Shown piece after piece: positions 18,002-27,977 of a stretch of DNA of 35,178 nt. Every line of letters begins with the position of its first letter. The stretch's first letter is position 1. The translations under genes were made by a program, and so were the position numbers. Below the pieces are notes generated by a model that worked only from the letters and a program-made list of their open reading frames with translations, was not told the DNA's origin and did not search any database. The stretch is taken from the NCBI GenBank assembly GCA_017472905.1, contig JAFUNW010000033.1, positions 1 through 35,178 on the forward strand. Reading direction: 5' to 3'. This DNA is from Bacteroidaceae bacterium (GTDB lineage Bacteria; Bacteroidota; Bacteroidia; Bacteroidales; Bacteroidaceae).

Positions 18002-21000
18002 ATGAAAAAGAATCCTATCGGACAAACACTCACCGGACTGTTGATAGCTGTCGGATTGTCAACTGCTCCTCTAGGAGTTGCAGCCAATACTTCAGGTCAT
18101 CATCCTGTTTTCGGAAAGATGCCTAACGAACAAACGCAGCCACGCATCACAGGTGTAGTAATTGATAACCAAACGGGAGATCCCCTAATTGGAGTGACAG
18201 TGTCTATCGTAAAAAGTGGTAAAGTGGAAACCGGTGTCGTAACCGATATTGATGGCCGATTCGACTTGAAAGCATCGGATGGAGATTACGAAGTACACAT
18301 TTCCTATATAGGTTATCAAACACACGTATTGAAACCCGGTCGGGATAAGATGGAAAACGTACACATCCGCTTACGGGAAGAAGAACATAGTCTCAACGAT
18401 GTGGTTGTAACCGGCTTCTTCAACAAAAGCAAGAAAAGTTTTACCGGGTCGGTAACCCAAATCAACGGAGCTGACCTCAAACAAGTCAGTGGGGTAAACA
18501 TTGTCAGTGCCATTGCTGCATTGACTCCGGGCATGGCTATGGTACAGAATACAGCCCAAGGTTCAAATCCTAACCACGTACCTGAATTGGTATTGCGCGG
18601 TATGACCTCATTCAGCAACAGCGGACAGGAGGTTAATCAACCGACCATCATTTTGGACGGTACGGAAATCACCATGCAAGACCTCTATGACCTCGACATC
18701 AACGAAGTAGAGACCATCAACGTGCTGAAAGATGCTTCGGCTACAGCCCTCTATGGTTCAAAGGCGGCCAACGGAGTGATTGTCATAACCCGTAAACCGT
18801 TGGCAGAAAGCACCCTGCGCGTACAATACAACTTTACAGGAAACTTACAAACTCCGATTCTTAGTGATTATGATGTGCTGAATGCATACGAGAAGCTGCG
18901 CTATGAACAGATGGCCGGTCTATACGATGCAGGAGGAAACATCGAAGAACAATACGAACTGGATAACCTTTATAATCAACGTTACAAGGCAGTGATGGCC
19001 GGACAAAACAGCGATTGGCTTTCACAACCGGCGCGTACATCATTCAGCCAGGACCATTCATTGCGCCTTTATGGTGGAGCACAAAATTTGCGTTACGAAC
19101 TGACCGGACGCTTTGCCGATACCAAGGGAGTGATGAAGGACGATTACCGCCGCAGATACAATCTTGGCTTTAAATTGGATTACTTTATCAACAATTCCAT
19201 ACAAATTTCAAACCGAACAACTTACGCCGAAATCAAGGCTCAAAATACTCCTTATGGAACATTCTCGGAATATGTACTGATGAACCCTTACGAACGTATG
19301 TATAACGAAGATGGATCGCCTAATACCAATTTGGCTTGGGATTTGGATAATCCCCTCTATGAAGCTAGTCTCGGAAGCTATAGCCGCAACGGAACAAATA
19401 CGTTTACCAACGTAACTGATTTCCGTTGGGATATCAACAATCAATTCCGTCTGACAGGACACTTTAACATTACCAGCGAAACGGGATGGAGCGACATCTT
19501 TGTTTCACCCAAATCACGTACATTTAAAGATGAAACAGATCTGACGAAGAAAGGATCGAGTACACAAATAGACAGTAAATCTACGAGCTACAATGCCAAC
19601 ATTGTGGCTACCTTCAATAAGATATTTGAAGATGAATCTCTCATCAGTGCCAATGCCGGATGGGAAATCAATCATTCGGAGATGAGTAGTAAAACTTTGC
19701 AAGCCATCGGATTCTTCAATGACAAGAATTCGTATATCGGCAATGCAGCAGGATACCCTACAAACCAGAAACCTTACGGTGATTTGGCTGAATCTGCCGA
19801 TGTGGGTGTGTTTGTTACCGGAAACTACTCGTGGCGCAATCGTTATTTTGCCGATGCTACATGGCGCGTTACCGGTTCGTCCCAATTCGGTGCAAACAAT
19901 CGTTATGGCCACTTTTGGTCCGGAGGTATCGGATGGAACGTACTGAACGAACCTTTCATGAAAGATATAAAGGAACACTTCGATCTCTTTAAAGTGCGAG
20001 GAAGTGCCGGATATACGGGTAAGGTCAGCTTTAGCCCATTCCAAGCCATGACCATGTATCAGTATAGCAACGAGTATGAGTATAAGAACGGTATTGGTGC
20101 CATCCCTCTTGCTATCGGGAACGTAGACCTTTGTTGGGAACGCACCATGAACTACAATGTTGGATTGGATTTCAGTATGTTCAACAAACGATTGAACATT
20201 GTAGTGGATGCCTACATCCGAAATACCACAGACTTGTTGTTGGATAAATCCAAAGCTCCTTCTACGGGAGTTACTACTGCCAAGTCGAATTTGGGTGAAA
20301 TGCAAAACAAAGGTATCGAATTCCAAGTAGACGGATACATTTTCCGTAACAGCGAATTCTCGTGGAAATTGGGAACTAGCGGATACATGAACCGCAACAA
20401 GATTACTAAAATCAACAAGGCTTTGGAGGAAATCAACAAAGAAAACCAAGAGAATGCCTCTACCTCATTGGCTCCTCTTCCTCAATATGCAGAAGGAGAA
20501 AGTACGACAGCTTTGAAGCTTGTTCGTTCGGCCGGCATTGATCCGGCTACCGGTAAAGAGGTTTATATCAAGCGAGATGGAACGCTTACGTTTGATTATG
20601 ACCCGACCGACCGCGTTCTCATTGGTGATACGGAACCCAAATACACAGGAACGTTTAATACGCATCTCTATTGGAAAGGATTCAGTCTCTACGCTCTCTT
20701 TAATTTCCGTTTGGGAGCTTGGATTTATAATACGACCCGTATTACAAAGGTGGAAGGAAGCGATCCGATGCAAAATGCCGATCAACGTGTGTTCGATGAC
20801 CGTTGGAAACAACCCGGAGACATTGCTTTCTATAAAAATATAGCAGACAGCAGTCGTCCGAACCAAACAGACCGCTTTGCCGAAGAGGAGAACATGATTT
20901 CTTTGGGTACGCTGAACTTGAGTTATGAATTCCCCGAGAAGTTATACAAGCCTTTACACCTGAGAAACCTGCGTGCCGGAATTAATTTCACCGACATCTT

Positions 21001-21085
21001 GCGGCTTTCCAGCGTAAAGATTGAGCGGGGTACAAACTACCTTTATAGCCAAGGATTTGAAATTAACCTAAGCGCGACATTCTGA
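18002..21085 (+). CDS. SusC/RagA-family TonB-dependent transporter
   Basis: N-terminal ITGVVID...GVVTDIDGRF domain, LNDVVVTGF, plug signature VLKDASATALYGSKAANGVIVIT, GSSQFGANNRYGHFWS, terminal Phe. Confidence 0.95.
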   Translation: MKKNPIGQTLTGLLIAVGLSTAPLGVAANTSGHHPVFGKMPNEQTQPRITGVVIDNQTGDPLIGVTVSIVKSGKVETGVVTDIDGRFDLKASDGDYEVHISYIGYQTHVLKPGRDKMENVHIRLREEEHSLNDVVVTGFFNKSKKSFTGSVTQINGADLKQVSGVNIVSAIAALTPGMAMVQNTAQGSNPNHVPELVLRGMTSFSNSGQEVNQPTIILDGTEITMQDLYDLDINEVETINVLKDASATALYGSKAANGVIVITRKPLAESTLRVQYNFTGNLQTPILSDYDVLNAYEKLRYEQMAGLYDAGGNIEEQYELDNLYNQRYKAVMAGQNSDWLSQPARTSFSQDHSLRLYGGAQNLRYELTGRFADTKGVMKDDYRRRYNLGFKLDYFINNSIQISNRTTYAEIKAQNTPYGTFSEYVLMNPYERMYNEDGSPNTNLAWDLDNPLYEASLGSYSRNGTNTFTNVTDFRWDINNQFRLTGHFNITSETGWSDIFVSPKSRTFKDETDLTKKGSSTQIDSKSTSYNANIVATFNKIFEDESLISANAGWEINHSEMSSKTLQAIGFFNDKNSYIGNAAGYPTNQKPYGDLAESADVGVFVTGNYSWRNRYFADATWRVTGSSQFGANNRYGHFWSGGIGWNVLNEPFMKDIKEHFDLFKVRGSAGYTGKVSFSPFQAMTMYQYSNEYEYKNGIGAIPLAIGNVDLCWERTMNYNVGLDFSMFNKRLNIVVDAYIRNTTDLLLDKSKAPSTGVTTAKSNLGEMQNKGIEFQVDGYIFRNSEFSWKLGTSGYMNRNKITKINKALEEINKENQENASTSLAPLPQYAEGESTTALKLVRSAGIDPATGKEVYIKRDGTLTFDYDPTDRVLIGDTEPKYTGTFNTHLYWKGFSLYALFNFRLGAWIYNTTRITKVEGSDPMQNADQRVFDDRWKQPGDIAFYKNIADSSRPNQTDRFAEEENMISLGTLNLSYEFPEKLYKPLHLRNLRAGINFTDILRLSSVKIERGTNYLYSQGFEINLSATF

Positions 21086-21122
21086 CAAAATCAACAATTA
21101 AAAACTAAAAGTTAAAAGCCGA

Positions 21123-22559
21123 ATGAAGACTTTCAAACATATATGTATCGTATTGGCATGTGGATTTGCTTTAGCCGCATGCGATGATTTTCTGGATATT
21201 ACTCCTGAAGGACAAATCAAGGGGGATGAACTGTTCTTTACTCCTGAAGGTGTGGAAGATGCGCTCAGTGGAGCCTATTCACAGATGCGTAACTCAGCAC
21301 TCTATGGACAGGAACTTTCTTTTTCCAATATTGAGATATTGGCACAGAACTTAAGTTGTAAAGGAAACATCCCCCTTACGGCATTGAGTAACTACGAGTA
21401 TGACAACACGAATGTGAAAGGCATGTTCGAGGCTCTTTGGACTGCCATGTATAAGAACATTTCCAACGTGAATGCTATTTTGGCTGCCGGTCCGGTTGCT
21501 TCGGCCAAAGAATATCCCTATACTATATATAAAGGTGAAGCATTGGGTTTGCGTGCTTTCATGCACTTCGACCTGATGCGTCTTTTTGCAGAACAGATTA
21601 CTCAGAATCCGGAAGCAGAAGGCATACCCTATGCTACCGATTTTTCGCTCAAAACTCCCGAGTTTGAGAGCATTGCTAAAAACTATGAACATGTTTTGGC
21701 CGATTTGAAAGAGGCAGAACGCTTGTTAGCTAATGAAACACAACATGTGAATGACCGTCTTTTCATGACTGATCGTCAAATTCATTGCAACCTCTTTGCT
21801 GTACAAGCATTGTTGGCTCGTGTTTATTTGACAATGGGGGATAAGGAGAATGCGGCTTTTTATGCCAAGAAAGTGATAGGCGAAAGTCCTTACATGCTGA
21901 ATGTCAAAACAGCTATCAACGGAGATGTTGCCGGCGTTCTTTCTCGGAATGAAACGATTTTCGGTATCTATTTCGCAGAATTCTATAGCAACGTCTACGA
22001 TAAATTACAGATTAACAAAAGTTTCTCCTCTTTAAATCCACGCGGTGATGTGGAAAGCATTTACGAACAGCAGGCAGAAGGATTGGACTATCGTACGGCC
22101 GCTTATTTCACATCCATTGATTTAGGTGGTACACCAACCTTGCGTTTGAGTAAACTTACTGATCCTTATGAGTTGCAGAACATCGGTTCTTCGCGTCCTA
22201 AAGAATTGATTCAAGGAGTCAACCTCATCCGTATGCCAGAGATGTACTACATTATGGCTGAGGCTTTGTTGGAAACCAATCCGGACAGTGCCACTTGGTA
22301 TTTCGATCAAGTTTTGGAGTCACGTGGATTGACTCCATTGGCTCAAAGAACTATTCCGCAGACACTGACTCAGGAACTGATCAATCTTGAACGTTTCAAA
22401 GAATACTTTGGCGAGGGGCAGACTTTCTTTAATCTCAAACGACAAAATTTACCCATCAACGGTTGGGATGTAGCTACGGGTACAGAAAAAAATATTCCGG
22501 CTGCAACCAAAGTTTATGTCATTCCCATCCCGGATAGCGAATACGAAAACAGACTTTGA
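21123..22559 (+). CDS. SusD/RagB-family nutrient-binding lipoprotein
   Basis: Lipobox ALAA-CDDFLDITPE, GEALGLRAFMHFDLMRLF, ALLARVYL, IRMPEMYYIMAEA, EYFGEGQTFFNLKR, YVIPIPDSE. Confidence 0.94.
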   Translation: MKTFKHICIVLACGFALAACDDFLDITPEGQIKGDELFFTPEGVEDALSGAYSQMRNSALYGQELSFSNIEILAQNLSCKGNIPLTALSNYEYDNTNVKGMFEALWTAMYKNISNVNAILAAGPVASAKEYPYTIYKGEALGLRAFMHFDLMRLFAEQITQNPEAEGIPYATDFSLKTPEFESIAKNYEHVLADLKEAERLLANETQHVNDRLFMTDRQIHCNLFAVQALLARVYLTMGDKENAAFYAKKVIGESPYMLNVKTAINGDVAGVLSRNETIFGIYFAEFYSNVYDKLQINKSFSSLNPRGDVESIYEQQAEGLDYRTAAYFTSIDLGGTPTLRLSKLTDPYELQNIGSSRPKELIQGVNLIRMPEMYYIMAEALLETNPDSATWYFDQVLESRGLTPLAQRTIPQTLTQELINLERFKEYFGEGQTFFNLKRQNLPINGWDVATGTEKNIPAATKVYVIPIPDSEYENRL

Positions 22560-22584
22560 AAAATGTAATATGACGAATGAAGCA

Positions 22585-23391
22585 ATGAAGAATTACAATT
22601 ATATTATCGGAGCATTCGCCTTCACCTTGACTATTACCGCCTGTGAAGACGAAAATTATATGAAGTTCGATACCTCTTATACGGGTATCTACTTCGTGAA
22701 CGATTCTGCAGAATATTCTTTTAGTGTGACTCCCATTGACATAAGGGAATACACTCTAAAAATTCCTGTACAGATAATGGGAACTCCAACCAAAGAGGCA
22801 CGTCCCATTGGATATGAACTTGTTGCGCATGAAAGTACTGCTATTGAGGGGGTACAGTACATCATTGATGAAGCTATTATACATCCCGATTCTATTATGG
22901 GATATATTCCCATACGCATCTTGCGCAATGGATTGAAAGGTAGCTATGCCGAAGGATATGAACGTTACACGTTAACTCTTCGATTGACGAAGAATACCTA
23001 TTTTACCCCTACGCTTGATTCGCTCAACCAAGTACATCGAAGTAAGTTTGATAACGCAGTGGAGCAACCGGCTTGGTATAATGCTCACGGAGAGAAAGTA
23101 TGGCAAAAAATATATCTCGGAGAATGGCATCCTTATAAATTCATCAAAATGGTAGAGTACTTCCATGCTTTTAAAGAGATTCAACCCGAAACCTATAAGA
23201 AAATGGTGGCTCTTTATGGAGAGAATTTGGAACATATTGAATATGGAGATCCGTATCAATACCGTACGATATTTAGGAAACACATTTATTTGCCTATGTA
23301 CGAGCACTTCAATGATCCGGCAAATCGGGAACTGATTTTGGCTGAATATCCCGACTTCCCGTTCGACTTTCCTCATCCGTTTGCGGTATAA
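22585..23391 (+). CDS. DUF4843-like accessory lipoprotein
   Basis: Lipobox TITA-C; YSFS...IPVQIMG...STAIEGVQY and C-terminal QPAWY...YLGEW..YKF. Start 22585 (or 22570) preferred over 22516, which overlaps susD. Confidence 0.65.
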   Translation: MKNYNYIIGAFAFTLTITACEDENYMKFDTSYTGIYFVNDSAEYSFSVTPIDIREYTLKIPVQIMGTPTKEARPIGYELVAHESTAIEGVQYIIDEAIIHPDSIMGYIPIRILRNGLKGSYAEGYERYTLTLRLTKNTYFTPTLDSLNQVHRSKFDNAVEQPAWYNAHGEKVWQKIYLGEWHPYKFIKMVEYFHAFKEIQPETYKKMVALYGENLEHIEYGDPYQYRTIFRKHIYLPMYEHFNDPANRELILAEYPDFPFDFPHPFAV

Positions 23392-23429
23392 TAATATAAT
23401 AAGGTGTAATCAATTAGAAATATTCAGCA

Positions 23430-24941
23430 ATGAAACTACAGAAGATATTGGCGATAGCTCTCTTGACAACGACTCTCGCCTCTTGTTTCGAAGATGAAAC
23501 AACTTGGGGTAACCGTCCCATATCAGAAATTGTCATTGACAGCACATCCATTCAATCGGTTTACAACGTTAATAAAAATGAGACTCTTACGATTTCCCCC
23601 GTTATCAGTCAAACAAGCGGAGAGAAAGAACTCACTTATACATGGGAAATCAATTTGGAGACCTATAGCCACGAGCCTGAATTTGTCTATGTGGGTAAAG
23701 AACTCGGAAGTTATCAATGTCGTTTAATTGTGGAAAATAGCGATGGTAAAACGTTTTATCCCTTTAAGTTGTACGTAAATTCTCCTTATGAGGAAGGAAT
23801 AACTGTCATCAGTAAAGACACCGAAGGAAACAGCATGCTCTCTTTCATGCTTACTCCGACCGATGGTAGTGAACCTATCGGCTTTATGAATGGAGATCAG
23901 TTCGCTGTGAACAATCCGGAATATACTTTTGCAGCCAATCCTGCCGATATGGTACAAAGTAGCGGAAGTCTTATCCTTGCTTGTCAAGGTGCAGCAGATG
24001 CTTCTTCACCGGCTACTATCTACTACCTTAATGAGAAAACGTTTGTTGTGGAAAATATGCTGACCGCTTCTGAATATTCCGATTTTAAACCTGTGCAGAT
24101 GGGTATTCCTTCTACGGGGGCTTCAGGAGTTGCTTATCCTATATTGTGTGAAAACGGAAAGGTTTATGAATTCTCTACTACCGAGGGTGCATTGGTGGAA
24201 CCCGTGAAACTGACCCATACCTATGCGCAGACAGCTATTGTTTATGATGAAGGAAAATATGGCTATTACAACCTGCTCTATTGGGATAAGGAAATAAACG
24301 CTCTCTCCCTGATTTACAACGGTTACGGTCCCTACTATTGTGGAAAAACATATTTGCAGAAACGGGATGCTTGTCAAGGTTCAGCCAATTTCTTCGATGG
24401 GTTGAGTATACGTAAAATGGTGCTTGTGCGCATGACCGATGAACAAAGGAAAGCAGGAACTGTTCCGGAGGCATTGATTATTACACAAAATGCCCAAGGT
24501 ATGTACCAAAGAACCTTTATGTCTGTTAACTTTTGGGAATATAATTATGAAACGATGGAAAATAACCTTTGGGACAATGGTGGATACAAAACTTGCGGCA
24601 TAGGTGAACTTTCTCTCAACGAAACGACACCATGTGTGGCCAATCATACATATCATTCCATGCTTTTTGCAGAAGGAAACAAAATCAAGTGTTGGAAATA
24701 CACTTCCAATCAATGGATTACTCAGGTCGGTGTGTTGCAAACCATTGGCTCTGAATCGGCTGTCATTACAGGTTTGGAATTGAGTGCTGACCATAAGAAG
24801 ACTTATGTTGCTTTCTATGAACCGGAAAAAGACGGTCTGAACGGTAGTGTTTGGGTAATTGATACTGATAAGGGTACTGTACTCCAACAATACAACAACG
24901 TTTGCTACCAACCGGTGAAGATTATGTATAAAAAGAAATAA
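23430..24941 (+). CDS. PKD-like family lipoprotein with probable C-terminal beta-propeller
   Basis: Lipobox TLAS-C; ETLTISPVISQT...LTYTWEIN...VNSPYEEG; beta-rich C-terminus ending PVKIMYKKK. Confidence 0.65.
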   Translation: MKLQKILAIALLTTTLASCFEDETTWGNRPISEIVIDSTSIQSVYNVNKNETLTISPVISQTSGEKELTYTWEINLETYSHEPEFVYVGKELGSYQCRLIVENSDGKTFYPFKLYVNSPYEEGITVISKDTEGNSMLSFMLTPTDGSEPIGFMNGDQFAVNNPEYTFAANPADMVQSSGSLILACQGAADASSPATIYYLNEKTFVVENMLTASEYSDFKPVQMGIPSTGASGVAYPILCENGKVYEFSTTEGALVEPVKLTHTYAQTAIVYDEGKYGYYNLLYWDKEINALSLIYNGYGPYYCGKTYLQKRDACQGSANFFDGLSIRKMVLVRMTDEQRKAGTVPEALIITQNAQGMYQRTFMSVNFWEYNYETMENNLWDNGGYKTCGIGELSLNETTPCVANHTYHSMLFAEGNKIKCWKYTSNQWITQVGVLQTIGSESAVITGLELSADHKKTYVAFYEPEKDGLNGSVWVIDTDKGTVLQQYNNVCYQPVKIMYKKK

Positions 24942-25005
24942 ACTTTATAAAGTACTGAGTGAACCCTATGCGGTTTACTTTGTACTATTGTTATAAGAAC
25001 TCTGT

Positions 25006-27828
25006 ATGCGTATTTCATTTCTATCTTTGCTTTTTGTTTTATTCCTGTCTACAATGTCACAAACATACGCCCAGGTTTTACCTATGGACTCTGCCGTGTG
25101 TTACGGAAAACTTGACAATGGATTAACCTATTACATCCGACACAATGAACGCCCAAAAGGACATGCCGAATTCTACATTGTTCAAAGGGTTGGTTCTATA
25201 TTGGAAGAAGAGGAGCAACGCGGATTGGCTCATTTTCTCGAACACATGGCCTTTAACGGAACTAAAAACTTTCCGAAGAAGCGATTGATTGAATATTTGG
25301 AAGAGAATGGTGTCAAATTCGGTACTGACATCAATGCATATACAGCCTTTGAACAGACTGTTTATAACATCTCTAATGTTCCGACAGATCGAGAAAGATT
25401 GGTCGATTCATGTTTGCTGATACTACATGATTGGAGCGGTTTCATTACGTTAAATGAGAAAGAAATTGATGCCGAACGAAAAGTAATTCATGAGGAATGG
25501 CGCTTGAAAACGGGAGTTCAAGAACGAATTTATGAACAGACGTTACCCAAACTGTTTCCGAACAATCACCGATATGCTCAGCGGATGCCCATTGGAAAAA
25601 TGGAAGTGGTAGACAATTTCCCATACAGCACCCTGCGTGAATATTATCGGAAATGGTATCGCCCCGATTTGCAGGCTATCATTGTAGTAGGCGATATAGA
25701 TGTTTCGACCATTGAAAAACGTATTCGGGAAATGTGGGCAGACATTCCGGAACGCAAGCAACCGGCAGAGCGTATCTATTATTCCATTCCTCACAATGCA
25801 ACTCCCATTGTGGCCATTGGAACAGATCCGGAGCTGTCCTCAGGTATGTTACGGATAAGCTTCAAATATACTCCTACACATAAAGATGCGGCACAGACCA
25901 AGGCTGCTCAAAGAGAGAGATTCTGCAATTCGATGATCGTTTCCATGCTTTCGGCTCGTATCAACGACTTTGGGCAGAAAGCATCATCATATCCCAAAGA
26001 AAAAATATATTTTACAGACGGAGACTATTCCATCGCAGCAATCCAAAAAGCCTTTTCTGTTACCGCCACGTTTGAAGGAGATCGATGGAAAACTGCTATG
26101 CAGACGCTTGTTCTTCGGCTTAAACAGGCGATGGCTCATGGATTTACACAGGCTGAATATGAACGCATGGAAAAGGAAATTGCTAAAGCCTGGACACATC
26201 TAAAAACGAATCAACGGGGAAGAACTAACAAATTTCATGTTGAAAAATGTATAGACCACTTCCTGTCGGACGTACCCCTCTTATCCGACTCCGAACAAAA
26301 TCGGTTGTATCAAGAATTTCTTTCTGAAGTTTCATTGGAGGAACTCAATGCACGTTTCAATCAAATCTTGTATAGTCGCGATGGAGTTGCCATTTTGCTT
26401 CAAGGACAGCAACGAGACAAGCATCAATGGCCTACTGAAACAGAACTGTTGCAGGCATACAACAACGCATGGTTGCAAGAGACTGTTCCTTATGAAATAC
26501 CGAAAAAAGATCCGCCACCTGTATTGATGCAGACAAAACCGCAGGCCGGTTCTATCATCAGAATGAAACAGAATCAACAATACGGAACAACAGAGCTGAC
26601 TTTAAGCAATGGAGCCAAAGTTATACTCAAACCAACAGAGATGCCGAGCAATGAGCTGATTCTCACGGCTATCAGTAAGGGAGGAACATCCTTATTGAAA
26701 GACGAAGACTACAATCATTTTAGTGCGATCAATGTTTTACCCTCTATGGGAGGTTTGGGAAATCTTTCTGGTGAACAATTAGGGTTGGCTTTGGAGGGAA
26801 GTACTGCTTCGTATCAAACCAACATCGGTACATTGAACGAAAAATTTGCCGGGGGGTGTAAATGGGAACATGCAGAGCAGTTGTTACAATTGCTTCATTT
26901 GCGATTTACGACTGTGAGGAAAAATGAACATCTTTTTGCTAGTTGGCAAAAAAACAGACGGAATGCACTTGTGCAACAGATGGAAAATCCCATGACTCAC
27001 TTCAGTGATACGTTGCGAAATACCATGTATATGCCTCATTCTCGTAACCGAAAGCTTTCCCTTGCTTTGGCTGACAGTGTGGATTATGACCGTACGTGCG
27101 AACTCTTTTTAGAACGTTTTGCCAACGCAGCCGACTTTACATTCATATTTGTCGGAAAGATGGATGTTGATTCTTTATCTTCGCTTGTCTGCCAATACAT
27201 AGCAGCTCTCCCTGGAAACCCTCATAAACAAGAAGAAGCGAATCTCAAAGCTTTGCCGAAGTTTAAACAAGGAAAACAAGTGTGCCACTTGCAGGTTCCC
27301 ATGCAACAGCCGGCAACTACTGTTATCTATAATATTTGGACGAAAGAGCGGTATACTCAACGGAACAATATGGCTTGTGCCATTCTCAATGAGATTTTGA
27401 ACACGCTGTGTACGGAGAAACTACGTGAAGAAGAAGGAGGTACATACAATGTCTCCGTCACATCGCGTATCTCGCGACAGCCCAAAGACGAATTGGCCCT
27501 CATGTTTAATTTCAGTACCAATCCGGAACAGGCACAAACTTTATTGAATCAAGCCGTTGAGCTATTGGTACAAGTGGCTGAAAAGGGGCCGGCACAGGAG
27601 TTGTTCGACAATGCATGCAAATATCTGAGCAAGCAACATGATAGTTATCGCAACACGAATGCTTTTTGGATGGCAGCCCTTGTAGATAAAGTATTGCATA
27701 ACTCGGAGGATATGCTTACTAACAATCAAACGCTTCGTGAAGTAACTCCCAAAGATGTACAACGTTTGGCTAGAAAACTGACAAAATCAAGCAATACGGC
27801 TGAAATAATCATGTATCCCCAAAAGTAA
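25006..27828 (+). CDS. M16B (PqqL/insulinase-like) exported zinc protease
   Basis: Signal peptide ending TYA|Q; GKLDNGLTYYI, GLAHFLEHMAFNG (HxxEH), NAYT, WYRPD, LSNGAKVILK, LREEEGGTY. Confidence 0.93.
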   Translation: MRISFLSLLFVLFLSTMSQTYAQVLPMDSAVCYGKLDNGLTYYIRHNERPKGHAEFYIVQRVGSILEEEEQRGLAHFLEHMAFNGTKNFPKKRLIEYLEENGVKFGTDINAYTAFEQTVYNISNVPTDRERLVDSCLLILHDWSGFITLNEKEIDAERKVIHEEWRLKTGVQERIYEQTLPKLFPNNHRYAQRMPIGKMEVVDNFPYSTLREYYRKWYRPDLQAIIVVGDIDVSTIEKRIREMWADIPERKQPAERIYYSIPHNATPIVAIGTDPELSSGMLRISFKYTPTHKDAAQTKAAQRERFCNSMIVSMLSARINDFGQKASSYPKEKIYFTDGDYSIAAIQKAFSVTATFEGDRWKTAMQTLVLRLKQAMAHGFTQAEYERMEKEIAKAWTHLKTNQRGRTNKFHVEKCIDHFLSDVPLLSDSEQNRLYQEFLSEVSLEELNARFNQILYSRDGVAILLQGQQRDKHQWPTETELLQAYNNAWLQETVPYEIPKKDPPPVLMQTKPQAGSIIRMKQNQQYGTTELTLSNGAKVILKPTEMPSNELILTAISKGGTSLLKDEDYNHFSAINVLPSMGGLGNLSGEQLGLALEGSTASYQTNIGTLNEKFAGGCKWEHAEQLLQLLHLRFTTVRKNEHLFASWQKNRRNALVQQMENPMTHFSDTLRNTMYMPHSRNRKLSLALADSVDYDRTCELFLERFANAADFTFIFVGKMDVDSLSSLVCQYIAALPGNPHKQEEANLKALPKFKQGKQVCHLQVPMQQPATTVIYNIWTKERYTQRNNMACAILNEILNTLCTEKLREEEGGTYNVSVTSRISRQPKDELALMFNFSTNPEQAQTLLNQAVELLVQVAEKGPAQELFDNACKYLSKQHDSYRNTNAFWMAALVDKVLHNSEDMLTNNQTLREVTPKDVQRLARKLTKSSNTAEIIMYPQK

Positions 27829-27880
27829 TACTATCTATCATATTGAATGAAACCAAAGTGTCCTTAAGGCATACTGCTAC

Positions 27881-27919
27881 AAAAAAACCGAAGACCTTTA
27901 CGATCTTCGGTTCTTTTTT
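27881..27919. terminator. Bidirectional intrinsic terminator between M16 gene and ilvC
   Basis: A-tract + AACCGAAGA / TCTTCGGTT stem + T-tract between convergent genes. Confidence 0.8.
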
Positions 27920-27977
27920 CGAGGTGACTATGCTCCTTTGTGTTTATTCGTTAAGCATCTTGAATGCAAACAGTTTC

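Noticed and set aside
19514-20449. 311-aa antisense ORF within susC
   Set aside because: Antisense shadow frame with no motifs; common opposite long genes.
24945-25000. Imperfect hairpin between the PKD-like gene and the M16 gene
   Set aside because: Weak stem with no clear U-tract; not enough to call a terminator.
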